Below, piece after piece: positions 1 through 8,889 of a stretch of 64,000 bases of DNA (positions are counted from its first letter, which is position 1; each line of letters opens with the position of its first letter). The stretch spans positions 17,038 to 81,037 of the forward strand of contig CACWLK010000005.1 of the NCBI GenBank assembly GCA_902761715.1, in the 5' to 3' direction. The stretch comes from an uncultured Rhodospirillales bacterium. GTDB taxonomy: Bacteria > Pseudomonadota > Alphaproteobacteria > RF32 > CAG-239. Made by a program: the position numbers and the translations under genes. Below the pieces are notes generated by a model. The model was given only the letters and a program-made list of their open reading frames with translations, did no database searches and was not told the origin of the DNA.

Positions 1-531
1 GGATACCCGAGTTTTAACATTTTTGCTACTTTATCAAAAGCCTCACCGGCTGCATCATCAATTGTTGTGCCAAGTCTTTCATAATCTCCGGCACTTTTTA
101 CCACCAAAATTTGACAATGCCCACCTGATACCAACAGCAACAAATAAGGATATTCAACATCATTAGTCAGTCGTGAAACCAACGCATGACCTTCCAAATG
201 GTTCACAGCAACAAACGGTTTATTTAACGCCAAAGACAAAGCTTTTGCCGCCATCACACCAACAACAACTCCGCCTATCAGCCCCGGTCCTGATGCCGCC
301 GCAACAGCATCAATATCCTTTGGTTTTATTTTTGCTCTTTGAAAAGCCTGTTCTATAATATCATCTATATGGTCAAGGTGAGAACGAGCCGCAATCTCCG
401 GCACAACTCCGCCGAAAGCCTTATGTTCTTCCTGTGATAACACGACATCTGATAAAATTTCTTTCTTATCTGTAACTATTGCCGCAGCTGTTTCATCACA
501 ACTGCTCTCAATTCCTAAAACTATCATCTTT
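1..531 (-). CDS. tsaD: tRNA N6-adenosine threonylcarbamoyltransferase TsaD (Kae1/YgjD family), N-terminal part; gene runs off the window start
   Basis: Reverse translation from the ATG at 529-531 gives [18 protein letters not shown]...[10 protein letters not shown]...[17 protein letters not shown]...AVNHLEGHA...[14 protein letters not shown], the canonical TsaD N-terminus. It is not in the ORF track because it is truncated by the window edge. Confidence 0.85.
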
Positions 532-608
532 CAGTCTTTTGATAAAATATTAACCATTATTGGCTCATAATATAAACCAAGAAAAATTTTTTTACAAAGG
601 AAATAACG

Positions 609-1547
609 ATGGTAAAAAACAAATCGTCTTTTCTTGCCGGATCCGGCAAAATATTCAATTTCTTGCTTAAAACTACTGAATTAATAGTGCTGCTTTCCGT
701 TATCGGAATAGCAATTTTTGTATGGCAAAAACCGCAATATTTGCTTCAATGGCTCAAAGTCGGAGACAACCAACTTTCATCAGCAAACTCTGCTAAAATA
801 GAGGCTATTGAAAACAAGCTTGAAGTCTTAAATCTTATCACTGCCAACAGCGGCGAAAAATATGATTTAATCCAACAAAAGTTTGAGCATTTTGATAAAT
901 CAAAAGCCGATACTGATGAAATAATCAACCTGAATAACCAAATAAATTCAGTACGTAACTTTACCCAAAAACTTTCGCAAACTTCAAACACCGGAGCTCT
1001 GTTGCTCACATCCGCAATGTTAATACGTGACAACACCTTAAAGGGATTAAACTGCAAAAACGAAGCGGAAGGATTAAAAATCTTAGCTCAAAACATTGAT
1101 AGTGTTTCTCAAGATGTTGAATTTGTTTCATCTCATTGCAACATGGATTTTGTGTCAGATAAAACCATCACCAAAAACTTTAATAACATTTACAATCAGA
1201 TTGAAGAAAATTTAAAACCGCAAGAAGCTCAAAATTGGAAACAGCGCTTATCTGAAAAACTCGGTGAATATGTACAAATTTCAAAACATAACCAACAACA
1301 AACCGAAGAATATAACCTGCTTAAAGCTTTGTTGCCTGTTAAAAATCTTGTAAACAACGGAGATTTTTCATTAGCGCTGAAAGAACTTTCCAAACCGGAA
1401 AATCAAAACCTTTTAGCTGATGAAAACATCCAAAATTGGTACACTCAAACCAAAAATCAACTTGATTTCTATCAGTACCTGTCAAACATCATCAACGCAT
1501 CTCTATTAATTATGAAAGTTGAAAATGCCCAAAACCCTGCCGAATAA
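609..1547 (+). CDS. hypothetical membrane-anchored coiled-coil protein
   Basis: 312 aa ORF with an N-terminal hydrophobic anchor (LIVLLSVIGIAIFVW) and a long Q/N/E/K-rich, probably coiled-coil, remainder. No recognisable catalytic motif. It overlaps the next gene by 29 nt. Confidence 0.5.
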   Translation: MVKNKSSFLAGSGKIFNFLLKTTELIVLLSVIGIAIFVWQKPQYLLQWLKVGDNQLSSANSAKIEAIENKLEVLNLITANSGEKYDLIQQKFEHFDKSKADTDEIINLNNQINSVRNFTQKLSQTSNTGALLLTSAMLIRDNTLKGLNCKNEAEGLKILAQNIDSVSQDVEFVSSHCNMDFVSDKTITKNFNNIYNQIEENLKPQEAQNWKQRLSEKLGEYVQISKHNQQQTEEYNLLKALLPVKNLVNNGDFSLALKELSKPENQNLLADENIQNWYTQTKNQLDFYQYLSNIINASLLIMKVENAQNPAE

Positions 1548-2925
1548 ATTTTGGAACAATCTTTATAAAAAAGCGCCTGACACACTGGCAAAAATGTCAA
1601 AAACCACTCGTGTTGCCTGTGCATTTAACAGCTGTATTGATTCCGTAGTAAAATTATCCGGAAAAGAATTTTGCAATCTTTTTTTGCAACAAAAATCTTC
1701 ATTAAAAGAATTAAAAAACGTTGTTCATAGTTTTGTAAATTCGCCGCTTGATTTATTACGTGGAATTTTTCGTTGTTTCACTAATGGTATTGCTGAAGAA
1801 TGGATTGCAGATAAACCCGAAATGTTTGATTGGATGCTCAAAAATTTAGGTGTCAAAAAAATACAGGTAGGCGGTCAGGGCGGCATTATCGCTAACACTC
1901 TGTCATTAACCGGTATCAAACAAATAATTGTTCATAGTAACGCACTCAGTAAACTGCAAGCTACACAATTTTTTGACCGCAAAAACTTGCTTTCTTTTGA
2001 TCAACATGGCAACCTTAAACAAGCATCAAAAATTGACCGTGATAAAATATCATCAATTCACTGGATTGTAGAATTTGACAAGGGCGATAAAATAACTCTT
2101 GAAGGACAAGAATTTATATGTCCAAAATCTAACCGTTTTATCATAACTTATGATCCACCTTTGTTTAATTTTGTAATTGATAAAAATTTTATCAATTATA
2201 CCAATAATAATAAATTTGATTATTTTGTGCTTTCCGGTTATCAGGCACTAAACTCAAAAAACAACGCTCTCAAGCACATAAAAAACAGCGTTAAAATTAT
2301 TGATGATTGGAAAAAACAAAGTCCGCAAGCAATTGTTCATCTCGAAATCGCCTCAACTCAAGACCGAAAAGTTCTTAAAAATCTTACGCAATATCTAGCT
2401 CCTAAAGTAGATTCTATGGGTGTAAACGAACGTGAAACCATGGATATTCTAGAAGTAATAAACCAAAAAAAATTGCTTGAAAAATGCAAACAAAATCCAA
2501 CTTCATCAAACCTGTTTGATGCAATACTAAAAATCAAAACAAAACTCAAATGTCCACGCATTCAACTTCATATGTTCGGACTATATATAACCATACAAAA
2601 TAAAAATTATCCTCTTTCTCCGACCAAGAATCGTAACGGAATGATTTTAGCGGCAACATCTGCAGCCGGAAAAGCATTGCACGGACAACTATCCCAACCC
2701 GATGATATCTTAAAAGCATATGGTATGAGTGTATCTGATATTGGTATAAAAGAGTTGCAAAACCTTAGTTCTCATCTCAAAAAAGATACCTTTTTAACAA
2801 AAGGAATTTGTGAATACAAAGGTTTTGATATTATAGCTGTTCCGACTATCTTAATTGATCATCCCAAAACACTTGTCGGCATGGGAGATACAATATCATC
2901 ATTTTCCCTCATCGGTGCTCACTGA
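1519..2925 (+). CDS. ADP-dependent glucokinase/phosphofructokinase family sugar kinase (ribokinase-like superfamily)
   Basis: 468 aa. The motifs align along the whole length with archaeal ADP-GK/ADP-PFK: NSCID (cf. NTNID), VGGQGGIIAN (cf. MGGQAGIMAN), VHSNALSKLQATQF (cf. VHVPQLSRLQANLF), HLEIAS (cf. HLEFAF) and the C-terminal catalytic GxGD block LVGMGDTISSFSLIGA (cf. VGIGDTISSSAFIGE). Confidence 0.8.
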   Translation: MKMPKTLPNKFWNNLYKKAPDTLAKMSKTTRVACAFNSCIDSVVKLSGKEFCNLFLQQKSSLKELKNVVHSFVNSPLDLLRGIFRCFTNGIAEEWIADKPEMFDWMLKNLGVKKIQVGGQGGIIANTLSLTGIKQIIVHSNALSKLQATQFFDRKNLLSFDQHGNLKQASKIDRDKISSIHWIVEFDKGDKITLEGQEFICPKSNRFIITYDPPLFNFVIDKNFINYTNNNKFDYFVLSGYQALNSKNNALKHIKNSVKIIDDWKKQSPQAIVHLEIASTQDRKVLKNLTQYLAPKVDSMGVNERETMDILEVINQKKLLEKCKQNPTSSNLFDAILKIKTKLKCPRIQLHMFGLYITIQNKNYPLSPTKNRNGMILAATSAAGKALHGQLSQPDDILKAYGMSVSDIGIKELQNLSSHLKKDTFLTKGICEYKGFDIIAVPTILIDHPKTLVGMGDTISSFSLIGAH

Positions 2926-3624
2926 TTCGTCAGACAACCAAATTGAGCCTTTAACTTTTGATTCTAAAAATTCACGGTGATTTTTTTCTTCTTCTTCACT
3001 TATTGGAAAAACTCTCGCTTCGTGAAACACCCTGTCTCCGGAAAAACTTACTGTAGAATTATTATCAACTGCTTTTACTTGGCTAGATTCTCCCAGCATA
3101 GACGGTTCATCACCGCCTAATAATTCCAAATAAACTTTTGCCAACAAATCAGCATCAAGCAGCGCTCCGTGTAATGTACGACTACTGTTATCAACACCAA
3201 AACGTTTACACAAAGCGTCCAAATTATTTTTTGCACCGGGAAACATTTTGCGGGCAATTTCCAAAGTATCTATAACTCTGTCAAAATCATAACCTTCCCG
3301 CCCTATTTTTTTGAGCTCATAATTTATAAAATTCATATCAAATTGTGCATTATGAGCTACTAAAACACCATCATCACCAACAAAATCTATAAAATCTTGT
3401 GCTACATCAGCAAACACCGGAAAATCTTTTAAGAATTCTTCGGTTAACCCGTGTACGGCAACCACCTCTTCAGGAACATCTCTTTCCGGATTTATATATT
3501 GATGATAAGTCTTTCCCGTCGGTAAATGATTAATAAGTTCAACTGCGCCTATTTCAACCAACCTATCACCTTTTTCCGGTGAAAGTCCTGTCGTTTCAGT
3601 ATCAAAAACAATTTCTCTAACCAT
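2899..3624 (-). CDS. dnaQ: DNA polymerase III epsilon subunit, 3'-5' proofreading exonuclease
   Basis: MVREIVFDTETTGL...AHNAQFDMNFI...HGALLDADLLAKVYLEL contains DEDDh Exo I, II and III motifs. The coaE-dnaQ adjacency is typical of alphaproteobacteria. Confidence 0.9.
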   Translation of the reverse strand: MVREIVFDTETTGLSPEKGDRLVEIGAVELINHLPTGKTYHQYINPERDVPEEVVAVHGLTEEFLKDFPVFADVAQDFIDFVGDDGVLVAHNAQFDMNFINYELKKIGREGYDFDRVIDTLEIARKMFPGAKNNLDALCKRFGVDNSSRTLHGALLDADLLAKVYLELLGGDEPSMLGESSQVKAVDNNSTVSFSGDRVFHEARVFPISEEEEKNHREFLESKVKGSIWLSDESVSTDEGK

Positions 3625-3627
3625 AGT

Positions 3628-4212
3628 CTAACAACCTCTCACATAGTCAATCATTGTAATAACTTCAAGTTTCAATAAATTTAATGATTTATCTGTATTT
3701 ATTACAATATCGGCTTTTTCTTTTTTGGCTTCATTACTCATTTGCACGTTATTAATTTTATCAAAATCTTCAGCTTTTACATTATCTCTTTTCATTACTC
3801 TTTTCTTTTGTATTTCATAATCAACATCTGCCACAATTACAAAATCACAAAATTTATCTAATTTTAGTTCATACAACAAAGCCACATCGATAAAAAAGCA
3901 TTCGTCATATTTACTGTTTTTTTTGATAACATATTTCAAATATTTCCGCAAAAACGGATGTGTCAAACTCTCAAGTTTTTTCAGTTGTTTAGCGTCATTA
4001 AAAACAATATTTCTGAGTTCACGCTTATTAACTGCACCATTTTCAACAACACTTGGAAAAACCTCTGCAATTTGTGCAATAAACGATTTTTGAAAATACA
4101 TTCTGCGCACCCATGCATCAACATCAAAAACAGTATATCCCTGCTCTCTTACAATCTTAGCAATAGTCGTTTTTCCGCAACCGATAGAACCGGTAATTGC
4201 AATAAGTTTCAT
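3628..4212 (-). CDS. coaE: dephospho-CoA kinase
   Basis: MKLIAITGSIGCGKTTIAKIV is a P-loop at the N-terminus. It is 194 aa and sits 3 nt upstream of dnaQ. Confidence 0.9.
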   Translation of the reverse strand: MKLIAITGSIGCGKTTIAKIVREQGYTVFDVDAWVRRMYFQKSFIAQIAEVFPSVVENGAVNKRELRNIVFNDAKQLKKLESLTHPFLRKYLKYVIKKNSKYDECFFIDVALLYELKLDKFCDFVIVADVDYEIQKKRVMKRDNVKAEDFDKINNVQMSNEAKKEKADIVINTDKSLNLLKLEVITMIDYVRGC

Positions 4213-4603
4213 GATTTTAAATCCAAGTTATAAACACCCGTTGTGTATAAAATTGTTCTTTTTAACTGATGGCTTAATTTAATACCGATAATTAATATTC
4301 AGTCACTCAAGATAATAACAAGTTGATAAGTTTTGTAAACATATTTGCAATATCTTAATAACTGTATATTTGATTTTTTTTACAACAAATATATTTACAA
4401 ATTTTCGTATTAGCTTTTATACGAGTCCCCGAAAAACCTGTAAACTTACCAAACATATTATAACAACATTATCAACATCGGGATAACTCGGTGTATAAAA
4501 AATAATCCCCAAAATTCACGGCTATCTACAAACCACAAAAACATTTTAAAAATATATATTTGGTCAGTTTGACCTGTTGATAAAAAGTGCCATAAACAAA
4601 CAT

Positions 4604-4640
4604 TGACTTTTATTAAAAATTATCATATAAACAATACGTA
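4604..4640 (+). promoter_or_regulatory. candidate sigma70-type promoter for rho (TTGACT-N17-TATAAA) followed by a long leader
   Basis: ttgacttttattaaaaattatcatataaa sits about 70 nt upstream of the rho ATG inside the 492-bp AT-rich coaE/rho divergent intergenic region. Confidence 0.3.
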
Positions 4641-4704
4641 TTAACTAATACTTCCTATATAAATTTCCAACCCAATCCTAATTTATTTTTCCAAACAGGT
4701 ACAC

Positions 4705-5958
4705 ATGCATTTAAAAGAATTAAAAGAAAAATCACCGGCTCAATTGCTTGAACAGGCAGAAGCCCTTGGTATCGAAGACGCATCATCTATGCGTAAACAA
4801 GATTTAATGTTTTCAATTTTGAAAAAAGTTGCATCAGATGACAATATAATCTATGGAGACGGAACAATCGAAGTTATGCAAGACGGTTTTGGTTTCTTGC
4901 GCTCTGCTCAGTCAAATTATCTTGCTGGTCCTGATGATATTTATGTATCTCCGGCTCAAGTTAAAAAATTCGGTCTTCGCACCGGTGATACCATTGAAGG
5001 TGAAATCAGAGCCCCTAAAGAAAATGAGCGCTATTTTGCTTTAACTAAAATCAATAGAATTAATTTTGATGATCCAGAAAAATCAAAACTGCGTATCAAT
5101 TTTGATAACTTAACACCATTGTATCCTACCGAAAAATTGGATTTTGATATCATCTGCGGGGATAAAGACTACACCACAAGAATTATTGACTTAATTGCTC
5201 CTCAAGGTAAAGGTCAACGTGGACTTATCGTTGCTCCGCCACGCACCGGTAAAACAGTTATGCTGCAAAATATTGCTCATGCAATATCTACCAATCACCC
5301 CGAAATTTATCTTATGGTGCTGTTGATTGATGAACGCCCTGAAGAAGTTACCGATATGACACGTTCCGTAAAAGGTGAAGTTATATCTTCCACCTTTGAT
5401 GAGCCGGCAACCCGCCACGTTCAAGTTGCCGAAATGGTAATTGAAAAAGCTAAGCGATTGGTTGAAAATAAAAAAGATGTTGTAATTTTGCTCGATTCTA
5501 TTACTCGTCTCGGTCGTGCATATAATACAGTTATTCCATCATCAGGTAAGGTTTTAACCGGTGGTGTTGACGCCAATGCTTTACAACGTCCAAAGCGTAT
5601 TTTAGGTGCTGCTCGTAACGTTGAAGAAGGTGGTTCCTTAACTATTATTGCCACCGCATTGATTGATACCGGATCTCGTATGGATGAGGTAATTTTTGAA
5701 GAGTTTAAAGGAACAGGTAATTCAGAAATTATCTTGGATCGCAAACTTACTGACAAACGTTTGTTCCCGACAATCGATATTACCCGTTCCGGTACCCGTA
5801 AAGAAGAATTACTTGTTGATAAAGCAACACTTACAAAAATGTGGGTTCTGCGTCGTGTCTTGATGCAAATGGGTATGACCGACGGCATGGAATTTTTGCT
5901 TGATAAACTAAAACAAAGCAAAGATAACAAAGACTTCTTTAATAATATGAACTCTTAA
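4705..5958 (+). CDS. rho: transcription termination factor Rho
   Basis: 417 aa. It has the N-terminal [24 protein letters not shown] motif, an RNA-binding OB domain, Walker A PPRTGKT, and the Q and R loops. Confidence 0.95.
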   Translation: MHLKELKEKSPAQLLEQAEALGIEDASSMRKQDLMFSILKKVASDDNIIYGDGTIEVMQDGFGFLRSAQSNYLAGPDDIYVSPAQVKKFGLRTGDTIEGEIRAPKENERYFALTKINRINFDDPEKSKLRINFDNLTPLYPTEKLDFDIICGDKDYTTRIIDLIAPQGKGQRGLIVAPPRTGKTVMLQNIAHAISTNHPEIYLMVLLIDERPEEVTDMTRSVKGEVISSTFDEPATRHVQVAEMVIEKAKRLVENKKDVVILLDSITRLGRAYNTVIPSSGKVLTGGVDANALQRPKRILGAARNVEEGGSLTIIATALIDTGSRMDEVIFEEFKGTGNSEIILDRKLTDKRLFPTIDITRSGTRKEELLVDKATLTKMWVLRRVLMQMGMTDGMEFLLDKLKQSKDNKDFFNNMNS

Positions 5959-5962
5959 AACT

Positions 5963-5999
5963 AAAACCCCTTATCCAAAAAAAAGATAAGGGGTTTTAG
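5963..5999. terminator. bidirectional intrinsic terminator between convergent rho and the HAD hydrolase gene
   Basis: It is a perfect 9-bp stem ccccttatc/gataagggg with an A-rich loop. The hairpin is flanked by A-run and T-run on opposite sides. Confidence 0.6.
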
Positions 6000-6683
6000 T
6001 TATTTTGAAAAATTAATTAAAAATCGTTCAACATCTTTCATTTTGAAGAATATATTTTTAATTCCCAGATTTTTGACTCTATTAATATATTCGTCATTAT
6101 TATTCATTTCACATCCCAAAAAAGCCACAACATTCATTCCTGCTTGTAGTCCGGCGGTCATTCCGGCTATAGAATCTTCTACCACAACGCAGTTTCTAGG
6201 GGGTACACCCATTTTTTGAGCCGCCAGTAAAAACAAATCAGGTTCCGGCTTGCCTTTTGTTACCATATCAGCAGTAAATAGCCGTTCAGTATGGATATAT
6301 TTTTCAATTTTTGCTGATTTTATTTTTAATAAAGTTTTACCTAACACCCCGCCGGTTGCCACACATTGTAACAATGACTTATTTTTTAATATTTTAACTA
6401 TACCATAAACCGGTTTTATTCCTTTATTTAATTTTTCTATATCTTTTTCGAGTGCTTCTGCCCAGAAGTCATCACTTGTTATAATTCCGATTTTATTCAA
6501 AATTTCACGTTTTGTCTTATCGCTCATTCCGCCGCAATATTTATTTATGGTATCAAAATTCCACCTTAAACCAAAATCTCTGTTTAATAATTCAAGTCTT
6601 GTTTCGAGCCATAATTTTTCTGTGTCGGCAATTACTCCGTCAAAATCCCAAATTATTAATTTTTTCATTTTAGCTCCACTCAA
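6000..6683 (-). CDS. HAD-superfamily hydrolase (subfamily IA phosphatase / beta-phosphoglucomutase-like)
   Basis: LIIWDFDGVIADTE is HAD motif I (DxD). It also has K-P-x-P and a C-terminal VVVEDSIAGMTAGLQAGM block for motifs III/IV. The true start is probably the internal MKKLII. Confidence 0.75.
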   Translation of the reverse strand: MSGAKMKKLIIWDFDGVIADTEKLWLETRLELLNRDFGLRWNFDTINKYCGGMSDKTKREILNKIGIITSDDFWAEALEKDIEKLNKGIKPVYGIVKILKNKSLLQCVATGGVLGKTLLKIKSAKIEKYIHTERLFTADMVTKGKPEPDLFLLAAQKMGVPPRNCVVVEDSIAGMTAGLQAGMNVVAFLGCEMNNNDEYINRVKNLGIKNIFFKMKDVERFLINFSK

Positions 6684-6793
6684 AAATTGAATCCGTCAAA
6701 TGCCCGCACAATAGTTATTCGGATATTTTATGACACAAGTATTAAGAATATATAAAAAGACTCTCCAGAGTCAAAAAAACGCCTTTTTTAGCC

Positions 6794-6830
6794 TTGCACA
6801 AAAAATCAAACCGGTTATAAATATTTTTAT
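6794..6830 (+). promoter_or_regulatory. candidate promoter for mnmE (TTGCAC-N17-ATAAAT)
   Basis: ttgcacaaaaaatcaaaccggttataaat sits about 25 nt upstream of the mnmE ATG. Confidence 0.3.
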
Positions 6831-6852
6831 TAATCAATAAGGAATTTTTTAC

Positions 6853-8193
6853 ATGGGCAATCAAACCATTTACGCTTTGTCGACAGTTTTTGGAAAATCC
6901 GGAGTTGCTGTTTTTAGAATTTCCGGAAAAAACGCTATTGAGGCAATCAAAAAATTATCTGATATAAATTCGGATAACATACAACCTCGCCGAGCCTATT
7001 TTTCAAAACTGCATGGTATTGATAATTTACCGATTGACCATGCTGTAGTGGTTTATTTTAAATCTCCGCACTCTTTTACCGGTGAAGATATAGTTGAAAT
7101 AAGTTCGCATGGTTCAAAAGCTGTAATATCATCTCTTTTATCCAACTTATCACAAATTGATGGTTTTCGCCTTGCTGAAGCCGGAGAATTTTCAAAACGT
7201 GCATTTTATAATAATAAAATGGATTTGACTGAAGCTGAAGGATTGGCCGACCTGATTGATGCAGAAACATCTGAACAGCAAAAATATGCTTTACGCCAAA
7301 TGGATGGTGAGCTTAAAAATTTATACGACGGATGGCGCTCAGAACTTGTTAATGTCTTATCTCATCTTGAGGCTTATATTGATTTTCCTGATGAAGAATT
7401 GCCAGAAAACATTGTTTTAAACCTTGAAAACACCGTATTTAAAGTCAAAGAATCGATCAAAAAACATCTTTCACAAAGTAATTATGGTGAAAGACTTAAA
7501 GACGGTTTCAGAGTTGTTATTATCGGAGAGCCTAATTCCGGAAAATCGAGTTTACTTAATACTCTTGCCAACCGAGAGGCTGTAATTGTGTCTGATATTG
7601 CCGGCACAACCCGCGATGCTATAGATATTCATATGGATATAAATGGTTATCCTGTTGTATTTACTGACACAGCCGGACTTCGTGATACCACAGAAATAAT
7701 AGAAAAAAAAGGTATAGAAATAGCATATGGAAAAGCTAAAAATGCAGATTTAATTATTGCGATGATTGATGGAAAAAATCCTAATTTTGACCAGTTTAAT
7801 GATATTGCTTCAACCTGCTCCGAAAAAATTATATATGTTATAAATAAGTCTGATTTACTGGATAAAAAACAATGTTCAGAATTTAAAAAATCCGGATTTA
7901 TTGTTATTTCAGCCAAACATAAAAATGGAATTGAAGAGCTTATTTTAGCTATTAATGAACGTATATCTTCAGAGTTTACTCAAAATTCTTCTGCTTTAAT
8001 TACAAGACAGCGTTATCGAGAAGTTTTGAACGATGTATTTAAAAGTCTTGAAGAATTTAATCTTGATAAATCTATAGAATTAGCTGCTGAAGATATTCGT
8101 CTTGCAGCAAGAAGTATCGGAAAAATTACCGGGCATATTGAGGTTGATGAAATTCTTGATAAGATTTTCGGTAGCTTTTGCATCGGAAAATAA
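6853..8193 (+). CDS. mnmE: tRNA modification GTPase MnmE (TrmE)
   Basis: 446 aa with the GxPNxGKS G1 motif (IIGEPNSGKSSLLN), DTAG, NKSD and the C-terminal CIGK motif. Confidence 0.95.
   Translation: MGNQTIYALSTVFGKSGVAVFRISGKNAIEAIKKLSDINSDNIQPRRAYFSKLHGIDNLPIDHAVVVYFKSPHSFTGEDIVEISSHGSKAVISSLLSNLSQIDGFRLAEAGEFSKRAFYNNKMDLTEAEGLADLIDAETSEQQKYALRQMDGELKNLYDGWRSELVNVLSHLEAYIDFPDEELPENIVLNLENTVFKVKESIKKHLSQSNYGERLKDGFRVVIIGEPNSGKSSLLNTLANREAVIVSDIAGTTRDAIDIHMDINGYPVVFTDTAGLRDTTEIIEKKGIEIAYGKAKNADLIIAMIDGKNPNFDQFNDIASTCSEKIIYVINKSDLLDKKQCSEFKKSGFIVISAKHKNGIEELILAINERISSEFTQNSSALITRQRYREVLNDVFKSLEEFNLDKSIELAAEDIRLAARSIGKITGHIEVDEILDKIFGSFCIGK
7429..7443. repeat. copy 1 of a dispersed exact 15-mer AACACCGTATTTAAA, inside mnmE (reads N T V F K)
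   Basis: Read directly: gaaaacaccgtatttaaagtc. Confidence 0.9.
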
Positions 8194-8206
8194 CACCGTA
8201 TTTAAA
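8192..8206. repeat. copy 2 of the 15-mer AACACCGTATTTAAA, bridging the convergent stop codons of mnmE and the methyltransferase gene
   Basis: Read directly: ggaaaataacaccgtatttaaagctt. Confidence 0.9.
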
Positions 8207-8795
8207 GCTTATAAATATATACATTCTTAAAAAACGATCTTTTTCCTGTTTTAATTTCTTCAGCTAACGGTAAATTTGGAATTCTGAAACTGTTGGAAAT
8301 AATTGTCTGTGTCTTCTTTTTATGATCATTAAGGATTTTTTCTCCGAATTTTTCCATCAGACTATCCATTAAAAAGCATACAATAATGTCGCATTTTCCA
8401 AAGTCATATTCAAAAAAATCTTGTTTTATAATTTGTATATTTTTAAGTTTTCTTGTTCTGAATTTTGCGATTTTTGATGTAAAAGCACCCCACTCTATTC
8501 CGATAAATGTATGTTTTGGAAAATTCTTGGCCAGCTCACTTATCAAACCACCCCATCCGCACCCCGGATCAACCACAATCAATGATTTTGATGACTTATT
8601 AAGCAGTTCCGAAACATAATCAATCATTATTTTCTTTTCTTTACCGCAACTCGGAACACATGGTGGACACTCTCTGAAATGTTTGTTTGTATAAAGCTTT
8701 ATTATCAAGTACCAAATCCACCCCAAAAGCACAAAACAAACAATATAAACACTCAGCAATAAATAAAAAACAAACATAACTGTCTCCTTAAACAA
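8202..8795 (-). CDS. class I SAM-dependent methyltransferase with an N-terminal membrane anchor
   Basis: 197 aa. It has N-terminal TM helices and VVDPGCGWGGL, which is a methyltransferase motif I. The substrate is unknown. Confidence 0.55.
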   Translation of the reverse strand: MFKETVMFVFYLLLSVYIVCFVLLGWIWYLIIKLYTNKHFRECPPCVPSCGKEKKIMIDYVSELLNKSSKSLIVVDPGCGWGGLISELAKNFPKHTFIGIEWGAFTSKIAKFRTRKLKNIQIIKQDFFEYDFGKCDIIVCFLMDSLMEKFGEKILNDHKKKTQTIISNSFRIPNLPLAEEIKTGKRSFFKNVYIYKL

Positions 8796-8889
8796 TATTT
8801 AAACCAAATCTGACTAAATAAAGGTTAATTTTTACCTTGCAAAAACCATAAAACTATACTAAACCAAGGTAATTCATTGAGGTGTATAA

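Noticed and set aside
746-1057. Antisense and overlapping ORFs embedded in well-supported genes, for example 746-1057(-), 2358-2561(-), 5421-5930(-), 12434-12856(-), 21352-21930(+), 39441-39803(-), 47922-48761(+), 54396-54868(-), 60181-61133(+)
   Set aside because: They lie wholly inside, and opposite to or out of frame with, genes that have clear family signatures. They have low-complexity or hydrophobic junk translations and no RBS. I treat them as shadow ORFs of an AT-rich genome.
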